Below are positions 23,508 to 35,200 of a stretch of DNA of 40,912 bases, piece by piece (the first letter of the stretch is position 1; every line of letters begins with the position of its first letter). Source of the stretch: Trypethelium eluteriae (taxonomy: Eukaryota); NCBI GenBank assembly GCA_051942245.1, contig JAVECL010000165.1:1-40912 (forward strand). Direction: 5' to 3'. Below the pieces are notes generated by a model that did not search any database, had not been told where the DNA came from, and was given only the letters and a program-made list of their open reading frames with translations. The translations under genes were made by a program, and so were the position numbers.

Positions 23508-24713
23508 CTATACTCCCATGGTGAAATCGTGCTCAATCCCAGGCGTCACACTCGCCATGAATTTCAAGAAGACGACGAGATACTGATCCACCCTGATGGC
23601 GACCTCCTCGTCTCCATCTCCTCTCGATTCCTCATCCAGCATTTCCCACTCATCGCCACCGCCAGCCTTAGTACCCTTCTCGAACCCTTTCTCTCCTTGG
23701 CCAACCTTTACCTTCGCCATCCCCTCCACCAAGCCCTCCATGCCGCTATCTCCTTTCACCTCCTCCCCTCGCTTTAGTTTCGCGAGTCGCAGCTTGAGTG
23801 CAGCATCGGCGCGATCGAGCAAGACTTTCATGACGGAGGCGTGTTTGCACGGGTGGATGGAGACGGTCTTGATAGGCGGAGAAGAGAAGGGAAAGGGTTC
23901 AAGAGTAACGGTTTTGTCGTGGTAGTCGCCCACTATGTCTTGCATCATTGCGTCTGGAGGTAAAGGCTGGGAGTTGGTATAACCTTGGAGGAAGAGGCGG
24001 GGGGTACGGTAATAGGGAGTGTACGTTATGTAAAGAGTGTAGGTGCGGAGGGGACTGCAAGGGGAGTGTCAGCCAGAATCAAGATAATAAGCCATGGAAA
24101 AGGCTTCGGCTGATGAAGGAGCATGGAGAAGGACATACACATGGGTACTATCCGCATCCCTCCGCTCTCTGATGATCGCCTCATCATCGTCCTCCTCATC
24201 CTCCATGTCCGGGATCTCCTCCTCCTCTTCCCTCTCCCCCACATTCCCACTCTCATCCACCGTTCGCACATCTCTGGCTCGCTCCTCCTGCGTCCGCGAT
24301 GCTGTCATCCCTCCAGTTCTCAACCACCCGTCATCCTCATCTCCACTCACTCCCCTTCCCCCTCCTTCTCCGACCTCAACCCCCATCTCGCCTTCCGCCC
24401 CATCTAGGCCCAATCCATCCCGGACCAGCCGCTCGTCGCGGCCTGCCTCGCCCGCAAAATTGTCATCTAGCCGCCGGTGGCATGGCACTCCGCGAGTGAC
24501 AAGGTACTGTTTGCCCTCGGGGAGGTAGGCGACGCGCTGGGCGGGGGAGGCGGCGTCGGCCCACTGCCAACTTGGGAATTTGTAGACGAGGAAGTCACCG
24601 GCCGCGAGGAACTCTTCCGGAGTGATCTGGCCGGTGGAGCGGAAGGTAGAGGTGTGTGAGACGGGGGCATAGCGATCCCGGAGCGTATTGAGCGTGCTGC
24701 GGAGGGCTTGCAT
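23508..24713 (-). CDS. ATG3: Autophagy E2-like conjugating enzyme Atg3, about 373 aa, 2 exons
   Basis: [41 protein letters not shown], acidic flexible region. Intron 24138-24055, then [21 protein letters not shown], catalytic [12 protein letters not shown] (AIM-like) and [29 protein letters not shown]. Confidence 0.97.
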
Positions 24714-24830
24714 GGTGGGGGTTTAATGGTGAAGATATGTGCGCCTTGTGTTGGATGAGTGTAGGAAGTAGACTAGAGTGAACGGCAAGAAATCGAGACT
24801 GTCAAAATCGACGGTATCTTGAAGGACGTT

Positions 24831-24919
24831 TAGGTAAGTTTGGTAGGTAAGGTAAGTTGCAGGTAAGTCTGTAGGTAGGTGAGTATACTTTAGTGCCATG
24901 GTGCCATGGTTGCCATGGT
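24831..24919. repeat. AGGTA/GGTAAGT low-complexity cluster followed by three TGCCATGG copies, upstream of ATG3
   Basis: taggtaagtttggtaggtaaggtaagttgcaggtaagtctgtaggtaggtgagt, then TGCCATGG at 24894, 24902 and 24911. Confidence 0.6.
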
Positions 24920-25758
24920 CGGTTGTCGGTGGCGGGGCAGCTGCCTGCTGCGCGCGGAACTGAGGCGGCTGACCCCGACGACGCCAGACGCCGCATCACC
25001 TCCCCCCCTCTTCCCCTTCTTACCTGGTACTCTCCTTCCTCTAGGCCTTTCCTTGGACATGTTTCTTCATACAGGTCACAGAGCGGAACAGGTCTGGATC
25101 CCGTGATCATTCGAGCGGTAGTCATCATTCACATCTGCTTGACTGACGTTGGTGGCGCACCTTACCTGCCGAGCGCAGTACATAATCATTCCCGTGCGTC
25201 CTGCATAGGTAGGCTATTCCACAGAGCCGCTTTGACGACTCTGCCTACACTGGCCTGGTTAGATCAGGTACTAGAAAACGAAGATCCAAAATCAGTCATA
25301 TGCCTGTAGGCTCCTGTGCCGCTCCGCTACATCTTGTCGAACGGCGATGGTGCAACGTTCGTCCTTAGATGCGGGACGGCTGAAGGCTGGAGGATGATTA
25401 GAAAAGATCCTTACCATTTTAGACAAGCGAGGACCGAAGTTGAGTCAAGTGCTTACCTACTCAAAGACATGTATTTCCTAAGCTCTTTGTTATCTCTAGA
25501 AGCGTTCAGCTGAAGAGACTTACGTCCGTTGTCTTCAGATCCCTGCAGTCCCATCGGCGCTCTTGATTGCGCCGGTCCTTCCGCTTTCCTGTCGTGTGTG
25601 CTCCATCAGGGCAACAACGATGGGCTATCCATCATACAGCAATGACAGTGGCGTCAAGGAGCCTGGTTCCCTTAACGAGCATATAATCAAAAAACACATT
25701 CACACTTCACTTCGTCTCTATTTCCTAGGTCCTTGTTTCGAATAATTCTTATCTTAGC

Positions 25759-27675
25759 ATGACACAAACCTCTTCGCCTGTTCCTCTGGACTCTCTAGGC
25801 GAAAATGAAAAGCAGGAGCGCCGATCCACCCCGCACAGCTTTCACAGCATTCCGACGTGGCGGCTTGTGCTTCTTTCTGTGAGGTGAGTAAATCGAGAAG
25901 CAAGTGCAGTGGACCAGACCGTACCCAGGCTACTTTCCCTGATCAGACTCACAAGCTTACAGAGGTCGAATCCAGCCTCTGCCTTGGTCTCTTCCTCTCT
26001 CTCCTAGACACAACTGTAGTCGCGACAATTTTTTATACCCTGGGCAGAGATTTTGAGGCATCTCCGACTCTCGTGAACTGGACCATACTGTCCTACACAC
26101 TCGCCTATGTCGGATGCGCAGTGATTTACGCCAATATCTCTAATACCATCGGCCGTCGTAATGCTAATGTCAGTGCATTTGTCATCTTCATCGCTTTCTC
26201 CCTTGGAGCTGGGTTTGCCCAGTCTATAGATCAACTTATCGTCTGCCGTACTTTCCAAGGAGTTGGGGGAGCCGGCCTTTACTCATTGACGCTGGTGATC
26301 TTCCCTGAAATTACGACTCCTCGAATGCATCCTTGGGTTGGATCAATTATTGGTATGGTAGTCGCGATTTCTGGCGTGCTTGGCCCAGTGTTGGGGGGTA
26401 TTCTGGCACGATATACGTCATGGAGATGGGTTTTTTGGATAAAGTACATTTGCCCTCCTTTCTCTACCTTTGGTTTATGCTTGACAAAGACTGATTCAAA
26501 CCAATAAAGTGGCCCTATTGGATCGATCGCGCTCATCATTTTTGCATTTTCTTGGCCGCCACAAGTGCAGTTCGTTCCACTCGGCACTCGTTCGATCCGA
26601 AGACTTGATGTCGTGGGTTGCATCCTTCTCATCGCTGCTTCAGTGCTTTTCGTCTTTGCCTTCCAAGATGCTGGTCTCGACCCTCACAACTGGCATTCCG
26701 CACTGTTCCCCGTTTCACTCGCCGTCAGCGTTTTCTGCTGGATCGCCCTCCTTGCGTGGGAATTCGCCACGGACCGGTACTGGAGTCAGTCCATCGATAG
26801 CGTTATTCCGCTACGCTTGTTTAAACATCGCATTTTTGCCACAAGTGCGATTGTGACCATGTTGACAGGGTTTACGTACTTTGTCGTTGTGTACAGTATT
26901 CCGTTCCGCTTCGAGATTATGAATCTCAAAAGTCCTCTCGGTGCGGGTCTTGGCATTCTACCACTTGTGGGCTCTTCAGCAACTGGTAGTATACTTGCAG
27001 GCTTCCTGAACTCAAAGTATGACTTGACCTTTCATGCCCGCGTGGCCGGCTCGTGCCTTGTCTTGATTGGCGCCGGCCTCCTCTCTACACTCTCAAATAC
27101 GTTACAAGTGCAGAACACCACCTATGGATACCAGACCTTTGTAGGTCTCGGCTTCGGCCTCATCGTCGCTGGCACAACCATTATGGTGAGCTATGAAATG
27201 GAGCGGCGAGACCGTGGTACGCATCCCATTCCTCTCTCCCTCTCCTATCTTTGCGTCCCTCTTGCCTATAACCAAGACACCGCTCGTCCTACAACTGATA
27301 CGTCGCATCACAGCCACCGCCCAAGGCATCATCGCCCAATTTCGTATCTTCGGCGGCAGCCTTGGTGTCGCAGCCTCCTCCGCTATCCGCGGCGCCGTGG
27401 ACACGCGCGAGCTCGGCGGTCCTGTGTCGCCTCAGGTGATCTCTTCCCTGACGCCAGCGGATACAAACATCCGGCAGTCGTATACCGATGCATTCAGTGA
27501 GAGCATGATAGTGTGTACGATTGTAGCTTCAGCGTCTGTGGTGGTAGGGGTGTTGTCGTTCAAGCGGACGGCGGTGAGAGGCGAAGCTAAGGGGATACAA
27601 ACAGAGCAAGCAAGGAAGGGACAGGGAGAGAAGGATGAGAAAGGTGAGGATGGTAGGATGGAAGGGGCGGCGTAG
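25759..27675 (+). CDS. MFS multidrug transporter (DHA2-like, about 14 TM), about 553 aa, 4 exons
   Basis: Exons 25759-25883, 25976-26443, 26510-27216 and 27314-27675 are in frame. Motifs: LGLFLSLLDTTVVAT, SNTIGRR (motif A-like), [48 protein letters not shown]. Confidence 0.9.
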
Positions 27676-28710
27676 AAACTTTGACAGAGTGGGGAAAAGT
27701 AAAGTGGAGGGTTCAAAAGAAACAAGTGGTCGAAGCCGAGCGTCTCATCGCGAATATCATCCTTGTCATCTGCGGAGCTTATTGCTAGCTATGTACATTC
27801 CAATTCCGGATTGCACTATCGCACTTTCCAGATTGTTGCCTTTTCGAGTTCTAAATTTCAACAAATGCACTGGTCTGCACCCAAGCTACAATAGATTTGC
27901 TCATTCATGGTCATGCTACATCAAATTCGAGAAGGAGAATCCTGATACCTGTCGAGTTGCCCGTGCCAAGATTACTCATCTAGCCCTCTGCTTCTCTGGA
28001 TTGGCTTCGTCCTCAATTGAGCCTTTTGCATGCTCTTGGCTGTCCTTGCACATTTGCCAACATGAAGATATGTATTTCTACTACGTGAGTCGGGTCCGCA
28101 TATCCATGAGCTCGGCATGGCATTTTGGTCCTTTTTCTATACTCAACTGTATGTAGACGCAGCTGAAGCAGTGCACCAACATGACCGCAGTGTTTTTCCT
28201 TTGTAAGTGACAGCTTGCCTTTGTCACGTAGCGAGTTGTCTATAGCCCAAAAGAAAGGATAATCGATACAGACGCGTCTGATTTACAACATTCCGCTAAT
28301 AAAAAACGAGATACCGACCTTACAAAGGATGTGCTTTGTGCGAGATATTTCTCATTGATACTCTACACCACGTACGGGAAACTGCCAGTGATATAGCTTC
28401 CCTGAACATAGCACTGAATCAGGAGATTAGTAATTTGAAGAGTGTGTTGAAGAACTTTAGAAGCCCCATTGTAGGTTGCTCTACCCTATCATAAGAGAAT
28501 CCAGCATCATTAGTCCAGGGCTGGTGATGGTGTTATATTGGAGGGCTCTTGCATAATAGTAGAGGTGGCAGCTGCCACAGAAAAAGGGAATGTATGCTAT
28601 GGAAGACTTCAAAAGGCCGTGAAAGGCGTTGGACCTAACGGCGAAGACTTACCAATAACACAGAAGCGTTTCTTTTATACAGGAGAAATACAGTATCCTA
28701 CAGTACGTAC

Positions 28711-30591
28711 CTAAATCAAGGCCTGTCCCTTGAACATTCCCTCCCGAACCTCCTTCACTACGTCCTTCCGATCATGCCTTCCGACCAGAACAATTCCCCG
28801 CCCTCTCCTTCCCATCCTACCTGTTCGCCCAAGACGATGAATAAAATCGATGGTAGTATGCGGGACGTCATATAGAATGACATGGCGCACAGCAAGCGTG
28901 TCAATGCCCCTCGAGCCCAGATCCGTAGTCACTAAGACCTTTGTATTCGGCAACGTGCGATTCGTTGCTCTGGGACCTTTCCTATCCTTTTCCGAATATA
29001 CAGGCGAGACAGTCACCTTCCCTTCTTCAGTGCCTCCCTTCTCCTCACCCCCCGACGCCTCGGCTCCCACTCCGGTAAATGCAGCTAATACATCCCCTTG
29101 CCGTGCCCCACCAGCATCTCGATTTAGAGCCATAGCATCAATACCCTTGCTCACGAGATATGCGGCAAGCTCAGCCGTCTTCTCCCTCTGATTCACAAAG
29201 ACGAGAATCCGTTTCACACCAACCCGCTCTTTCACCCCGTCATCAAAGTGCTCCGTCGCCGCGCGCCCGATGCTCCACACGGAATCCGCGCAAGCAAGAT
29301 CCTTGTTTCCACGGTAAGGATCTCGTTCGACGTCTACGACGCCTAATTGCACGCGACGGGGGATAGCATGGAGGTTGGGAGTCACGAGACGTCGAATATC
29401 GGGAAAGCGGGAGCGGAGGTGGTTGTCAAGGCTTCGTGGTATTGTGGCGGAGCAGAAGATGAGCTGGCGGAGGGACGGAGACGCTTTTTCGATGATGGCG
29501 GCGGTGAGTGGAGAGAAGGAGCGGTCGAGCAGCGAGTCAGCCTCGTCGATGATGAGATGAGTGACACGACTTAGGATGTTAGGGTCGGATTCGGCGATGG
29601 AGGCAAGCAGATGAGGGGTTGATACAAGGATGTCGATGCCGGAGGGGGAAAATAGTCGGTTGCGGATGACAACTCCAGAGAAGGAGGAAGAGATGAGTGC
29701 GGACCGATATTTGACGGTGTGAGCGAAGGATTTGACAAGAGAGCCGGTTTGGGCGACAAGTTCGGAGGTAGGAAGAAGGATTATGGCGCGAGGGCGGCCG
29801 GTGGTAGGATGAGGTTCATGAAGAGGAGGGGATTCGAGCTCAAAGACAGCACGTTTGCTCTTCTCTTCCCTTGCGACGACTTCTTCTCTGACGCGCTCAG
29901 TATCCTTGATCTCGGCACGTTTGATGGCATCAATGGTTGGGAGGAGGTACGCCAAGGTCTTGCCAGACCCAGTTTCGGCGGCGAGCAGGAATTGCTCCGT
30001 ATCCTTCTTCTTCGAGGATTTGAAGTTCGCCCTACCATTCTCAATGCCCAGTAGAGAAGGTATTGCAACGCGCTGAATCGGAGTCGGCAATATTATATCC
30101 AGCCCTTTTAGCGCTTGGGAGGAAATCGAGTCTTTGACGACGGGCAACAACGGAAAATTGTCGAAGGCATCAACTTCACTAATCTTGCTCTTTACTGCTG
30201 ACCTCTTGCCATAGGAGACTGATGCGAGACTGCGCTGCATTTTCAAGGCCTTGAAAGTTCTGGGCTTTTGGTCTTCTTTATCTTTTCCTCTACCGCGCGA
30301 CGTGCGCAATTCCTGTTGCCTAGATCTCCTTGGACCATGATGTCGGATTCCAGCGCTCGTAACATTCATACCACCGAATGGACTATTTGTGTGCTTCTTC
30401 GTGGCCTTTCTACCCGGGGCATCTCTTTTCGAGGATTGTGCAACTTTGGGAGACAACGTCATGCGTGAAGGTGGTCGCTTTTGCACCTGCGTAGCGTAGG
30501 CTCTGAGTTGGTGACGTGTTTGCAATGGCAGGATAGTAGAGCTTGTGAGAAAAGACCGAGTCTCGCAGAATGGGCAGACTGCTCGAAGCAT
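28711..30591 (-). CDS. MRH4: Mitochondrial DEAD-box RNA helicase Mrh4, about 626 aa, intronless
   Basis: Q-motif PTPIQ, LAAETGSGKTLAY, LLPTSEL, IIDEADSLLDRSF, SATIP, TTDLGSRGID, HRLGRTGRMGRRG. Basic N-terminus resembles a mitochondrial presequence. The first in-frame ATG is 30591; the ORF-track start is a TTG. Confidence 0.9.
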   Translation of the reverse strand: MLRAVCPFCETRSFLTSSTILPLQTRHQLRAYATQVQKRPPSRMTLSPKVAQSSKRDAPGRKATKKHTNSPFGGMNVTSAGIRHHGPRRSRQQELRTSRGRGKDKEDQKPRTFKALKMQRSLASVSYGKRSAVKSKISEVDAFDNFPLLPVVKDSISSQALKGLDIILPTPIQRVAIPSLLGIENGRANFKSSKKKDTEQFLLAAETGSGKTLAYLLPTIDAIKRAEIKDTERVREEVVAREEKSKRAVFELESPPLHEPHPTTGRPRAIILLPTSELVAQTGSLVKSFAHTVKYRSALISSSFSGVVIRNRLFSPSGIDILVSTPHLLASIAESDPNILSRVTHLIIDEADSLLDRSFSPLTAAIIEKASPSLRQLIFCSATIPRSLDNHLRSRFPDIRRLVTPNLHAIPRRVQLGVVDVERDPYRGNKDLACADSVWSIGRAATEHFDDGVKERVGVKRILVFVNQREKTAELAAYLVSKGIDAMALNRDAGGARQGDVLAAFTGVGAEASGGEEKGGTEEGKVTVSPVYSEKDRKGPRATNRTLPNTKVLVTTDLGSRGIDTLAVRHVILYDVPHTTIDFIHRLGRTGRMGRRGRGIVLVGRHDRKDVVKEVREGMFKGQALI

Positions 30592-31046
30592 GACACTTTC
30601 TCTAGAAGAGCGTAAATAATGGCGAAGCGATGCCAATAATCGTCCGGAGGTCAGAAAATTTGAGCCGCTTGACTTTCATGTTGGCGAGAGCGGCGAAACG
30701 TCGTCATGTGTCATCTAGTGCGAGGGCGAGACGGAAGCTTTCTACGTTGTCTCCGTAAATTTAGCAAGTCTTTCGCCTCCATGTTGAATAGATAGGTGCA
30801 TAAATTCTTGTGCACAAGCTCATTCTCTGTTCTAATCCTGATTAAGTCTTGCGCTTAGGCTTTTACCTTTCTGAGCTCTAAGTTCTGAGCACCCTGACGG
30901 AAATCATTCCCATCCATCCACGACAGTGAGAAAATTAATTAGACACAGGGATTGACACAATGCTCACTCGTCAACTGCAAACATGAACATATGAATCTCC
31001 ACATTCTTAATGCTATGGTACATTCAAGGCTTGAAAAGATCTTCTA

Positions 31047-31529
31047 TCAATGTTGTGGAGCATTTGCGACGATGTCGTTGGCGTCTTTCGAAAGAATCCC
31101 ACCTTTAACCAGCGTTGCAACGACTTTCTTTATCCAGTATTGGCAGTCATCAAGCTCGACCTTGCCTTTAGGACGAGGATTACTCGCTAAGTTCATACTC
31201 GGACCCGGAACTGGGACTTCACTCGCAACGCGTTCCAGGAAGTCAACCGGAATCGTGTCAATTACCAAGACTTGACTGTCTCCGCCGTCCGTGTCGACGA
31301 CGAAGCCTTCATCCACGTCAGCAACGACAATGATTCGAAATGTTCTAGGCTCATCGGTGAGATGGTAGTTGCGCTTAATTTCATTTTGGAAGCCGGTGCG
31401 GACGTCTCCAGTAGTATAGAGGGCTTTGCCCACGTTCTGATTCTTCCGGCTCGGAATCCAAAGAGCCCAGCGGGCTTTGAAGGGACGGCTGCTATATATA
31501 AAAAGGTCAATAACATGTGGACTTTGCAT
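31047..31529 (-). CDS. Small fungal hypothetical protein, DUF6540-like (about 160 aa)
   Basis: Pattern WALWIPS..G..L..TGDVRTGF..EIKRNY..., LERVASEVPVPGPS, CQYWIKKVVATLVKGGIL. ATG at 31529. Family name is from recollection. Confidence 0.7.
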   Translation of the reverse strand: MQSPHVIDLFIYSSRPFKARWALWIPSRKNQNVGKALYTTGDVRTGFQNEIKRNYHLTDEPRTFRIIVVADVDEGFVVDTDGGDSQVLVIDTIPVDFLERVASEVPVPGPSMNLASNPRPKGKVELDDCQYWIKKVVATLVKGGILSKDANDIVANAPQH

Positions 31530-32231
31530 CACTGTTTGCCAAAGGGTAATATCGTCGATGGAGGAGAAATGACTTTCCTAGGAATTTGAGGAACCTGAAC
31601 AAAGAAGCTGTGCCTGGAGATCAGGAGCGACAAAGCGTACAGCGATGGTCATCAACATTTGATGGATTGGGAAAGTGGCTAGGCAACAGCTGATTCTCGA
31701 AGTAGATCGGAAGTCCATTGTCAGCCTTTCGCCAGCTTTCTCCGCAAGGTGCGGATTCATGATGAAACATGAAAAGCTAGATGCATCTTCAACCTGGTCC
31801 CTTCAGAGCGACGGGGCGGGAAACAAGATATTACCCTTGTCTCTCGGAATTGAGATGTCAAAAGCTGAGAGAGGATTGGCCCAGAAGGCCGAGGGTGGAC
31901 GAATTAAAGGTCGAGCGCCAAGCGGCTGTTGTCAGGGCAACGGCGACTCGACGCCAATTCGGGCCAATATCAACAACGCCAACATCTGCGACTTCCAAGC
32001 TCTCCCCACCACATATCAAGCGATCCTCGACCATACAATCGTTTGAGAGGCTGCCATCGCTCTGAATGTATCTGTGGAAAACAAAATATCCCCCGGTCAC
32101 TACAGATTGACTGCCCCTCTGTTTATCAGCAGTTGCGCATCTCAGCGGCGCTGCATTCTGACGGCGCACTCGCGCATTCCTCGCTACTCGCCGTCCTCTA
32201 AGCGCATCGCCCTTCTCGACATCAAGACAAG

Positions 32232-35200
32232 ATGTCGGGCCAAGCCGTGAGTTTGCGCCTCTATGGGAAATAAGAGATGCTCTCGCTAAGTCGTCCTGCA
32301 GGTTGAGCCACTCCGCATAAACAAGGGCGGATCCGTGCCATCTTCTCCAGCCAAAATGGACTCACTTCGAAAGAATCGTCCTCTGTCTGAGATCAACCCC
32401 ATGGAGCGGAGGAGAAATTCTCCGAGCTTCCCTCAAATTCGGGAGGTATGGAAGCTGCTCAGTGGTCTTGATAAGTGCGGAAACTAAAACTCCTCAGTCA
32501 CAAAAGCCACCTCGTAATCGAGAATCGTCACCATTCGACTCGTCTCCTTTCAATCCGAGCTCGCCGCGCATATTTTGGAACAGTCATGAAGGCAATTCGC
32601 CGACACGCCTCGGCCCAAAGTCTCCTCCTATTCCTCTGGATCATTCTCCTTCAACAACACGCCGTTCGTCTATCGAAAATTTGAAGAAAGCATCACGCGT
32701 CAAGAATAGCAACATGTTTGCACGCGAACATAAGAATGAATATGATCCAGCATCTACCCCGCAGGTTGAGCGCCCGCTTGCTGCGGGCCGGCCTTTTAAG
32801 ACAGTTATGAAAGAAAACTCATTCGATCAACCTGCAAACGATGTTCCTGCAGATTTTCGCCTTCATAGGCCAAGCAAGAGTATGAGCCAGATCCCACTGT
32901 TCAGTCCAAACAAATCTTCTGGACGTATATCTGCTTCTGGTCTCCGAACCGACCAACAAACACACGAGCAAGAATCTTCACTCATGTCCGACCACACTGA
33001 TTCGGAGTTACAACCAATGCCGACACCTCGAGCGCGTGTACGCCATGCCAAGAGTGTCACCTTCGACACAGAAGCTCCTGTTATCAATGAGTACGAGGAA
33101 CAAACTCCTGAGCCGTCCTCAATAGCATCGGGTTCTCGTGCAAGTAGCTACGACATTGACGAGGAGTCTGAGGAGGACTATAGCTTTGATCGCGGCTCGT
33201 CAGTCGATCAAGAAGACAGTTTTGATGAATCCCTCGAAGACACTGACAAGACTCCGGTCGTTCTTCCTGAAGACTGGCGGCACATGAGTCCTCTGGCTGC
33301 TCGCACAGAACTGGTCGAGCCAGGAGATGATGTTTTTGATTCAAAAGACGAAAGCCCTCTCGCTTCTCCATCAAAGCTCCAGCGTCCATCAAATCTACTT
33401 CGCTCGGACTCTTCGAATTCTGAGGAATCACGACCTCTGCCTCCAGTTCCTAATCCTTTTTCGAAGGGACGCCGCGACTCTGGTGGGCTCTCTGGTACAG
33501 CAGATCGCATGAGCAGCTTCCAAAGATCCCTTCCGACTCCACCTCGGCCCGCATCCGTCTCGAAGGCGGACATCCTGGGTATGAGGGATGGCTCCTTGAC
33601 CTTGGACGATCGCTTTAGACTCATGGAGCTCAAGGAAAGAGATCAATCCAACGGCGACCAGTCCCCTGTGATGGAGCAAACAGAAGATCAATCCAATGTT
33701 GCTGATGCTGGTAAAAAACCACACGATAGTCGCACTAGCGACGTTGGAGTCCCACGTATCTCTCGCGAATCCATCCTGCGAAAAGTCAAATCTCGTGACT
33801 TTCATAATAGTTTTGGCTACTCCTCTCCTGTTGGATCTGAGTGTGGTAGCCCTGAACGTAGTTACGGTGACCTGGATGATCTCGATCCCGACGTGCCGAT
33901 ACCATCTCGAGAAGCATCTTCTAATTTCGATGAGCAGGTGCCAGACGCGCCCATCAAGAAAGAGCCTAGTGACAGTGAGAGCGAAGTTGACGTATATGCT
34001 ATTCCAGATATGTACAGTGAGCCTCCCGAGGAACGGCCAGATCAAGCGGGTGACTATGCAAGAGAGAGCTCTGTCCTCCACCATAAGATAACGTCAGAGG
34101 CCGAAGATGATGACCAGGATGGTAGCCGGTATTCAAATGATGCCGCTCCGGAAAAGCAAGACGAAGCTTCTCGTATCTCTGAGGAGGATGGACCTCCAAC
34201 ACCGACACAGGAGGAATTCCATAAATTCCAGACCACTGAAGATGCAGACAACAATGAGACATCTGAAGTCATGGACATGAGCGAATTTGAGTCTTATCTT
34301 AACCACCAAAGCTTTGAAGATCGAGTCAAGACATTTATGGGATCTTCCTTATCTCCTGATGCGGAGCACGACTCATCTCGACATGCGCAGACCCTCGCTG
34401 CAAATCTTGAGTATTTAAAGCGCAACATCACGCCGGAGGAAGATGAAGCACCTACTGAAGAGTTGAATCCTCCAAATCCAGCCGAGGAGGACAGATCTGA
34501 CACTCCTGACTCTGTTGTACACCATGCGGTCGCTGTTGAATCAGAGCCGCAAGAGGTGCCTGAACCAATAGCCACTATCAAGTCTTCTGGCGGTAGCAAG
34601 CTCAAGACGCGTCACTCGGCCACACCGGCAGATATGGAGGTACTGGCAGCATATCGTCGCCAAGTGAGTGGAGAAAAGCCTCCTCCAATTCCCACTAGGA
34701 ATGAGAAACGTCTGTCTCAGTTATGCAAATTTGATTGGCAGGATGGCCGTACTGGCAGCGCTGGTTCGGATGGTACTCGAGTATCTCACCAGTCCGGCGA
34801 GGATGTGGGAAACGCCTCTGGTATGCTGGATATTGCAGTAGGGGGGTTCAGCGACGACCTAGGACTGGGCCTCAAGCAAGAATTTGACCGTGTCATCGAG
34901 TCTCAAAAGGTGGCGTACTCCGATTCTCTGCAGCAAATTTCCCCCATTTCAACAACAGCGGAAAACAGAACTTCAAATCCAACATTTTCCTACCCAAACA
35001 AGACTACAGCCGAATATATCGGCAGCCAACCTTTTTGTCCTCAACGCAATCCGACTCACAAGCTTACCCGTTCACAGAAAGGATATCTTATGCGCCAAAA
35101 CACCAAAGTGGTTGTTGCTTCTAGTCGCCAATTCAGCGATGAGAAGAAGAACCCTCCTATCCAGCCGCGGACTTCGACAGAAGAGGCTCACGCTCCTCCC

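Noticed and set aside
25759..27675. MFS transporter as a member of the aromatic catabolic cluster
   Set aside because: Separated from the cluster by ATG3, and it looks like a drug-efflux (DHA2) type rather than an aromatic-acid importer. No evidence of linkage.
27635..28700. 173-aa ORF and the intergenic region between the MFS gene and MRH4
   Set aside because: The ORF overlaps the MFS stop, has non-coding-like composition and shows no motifs.
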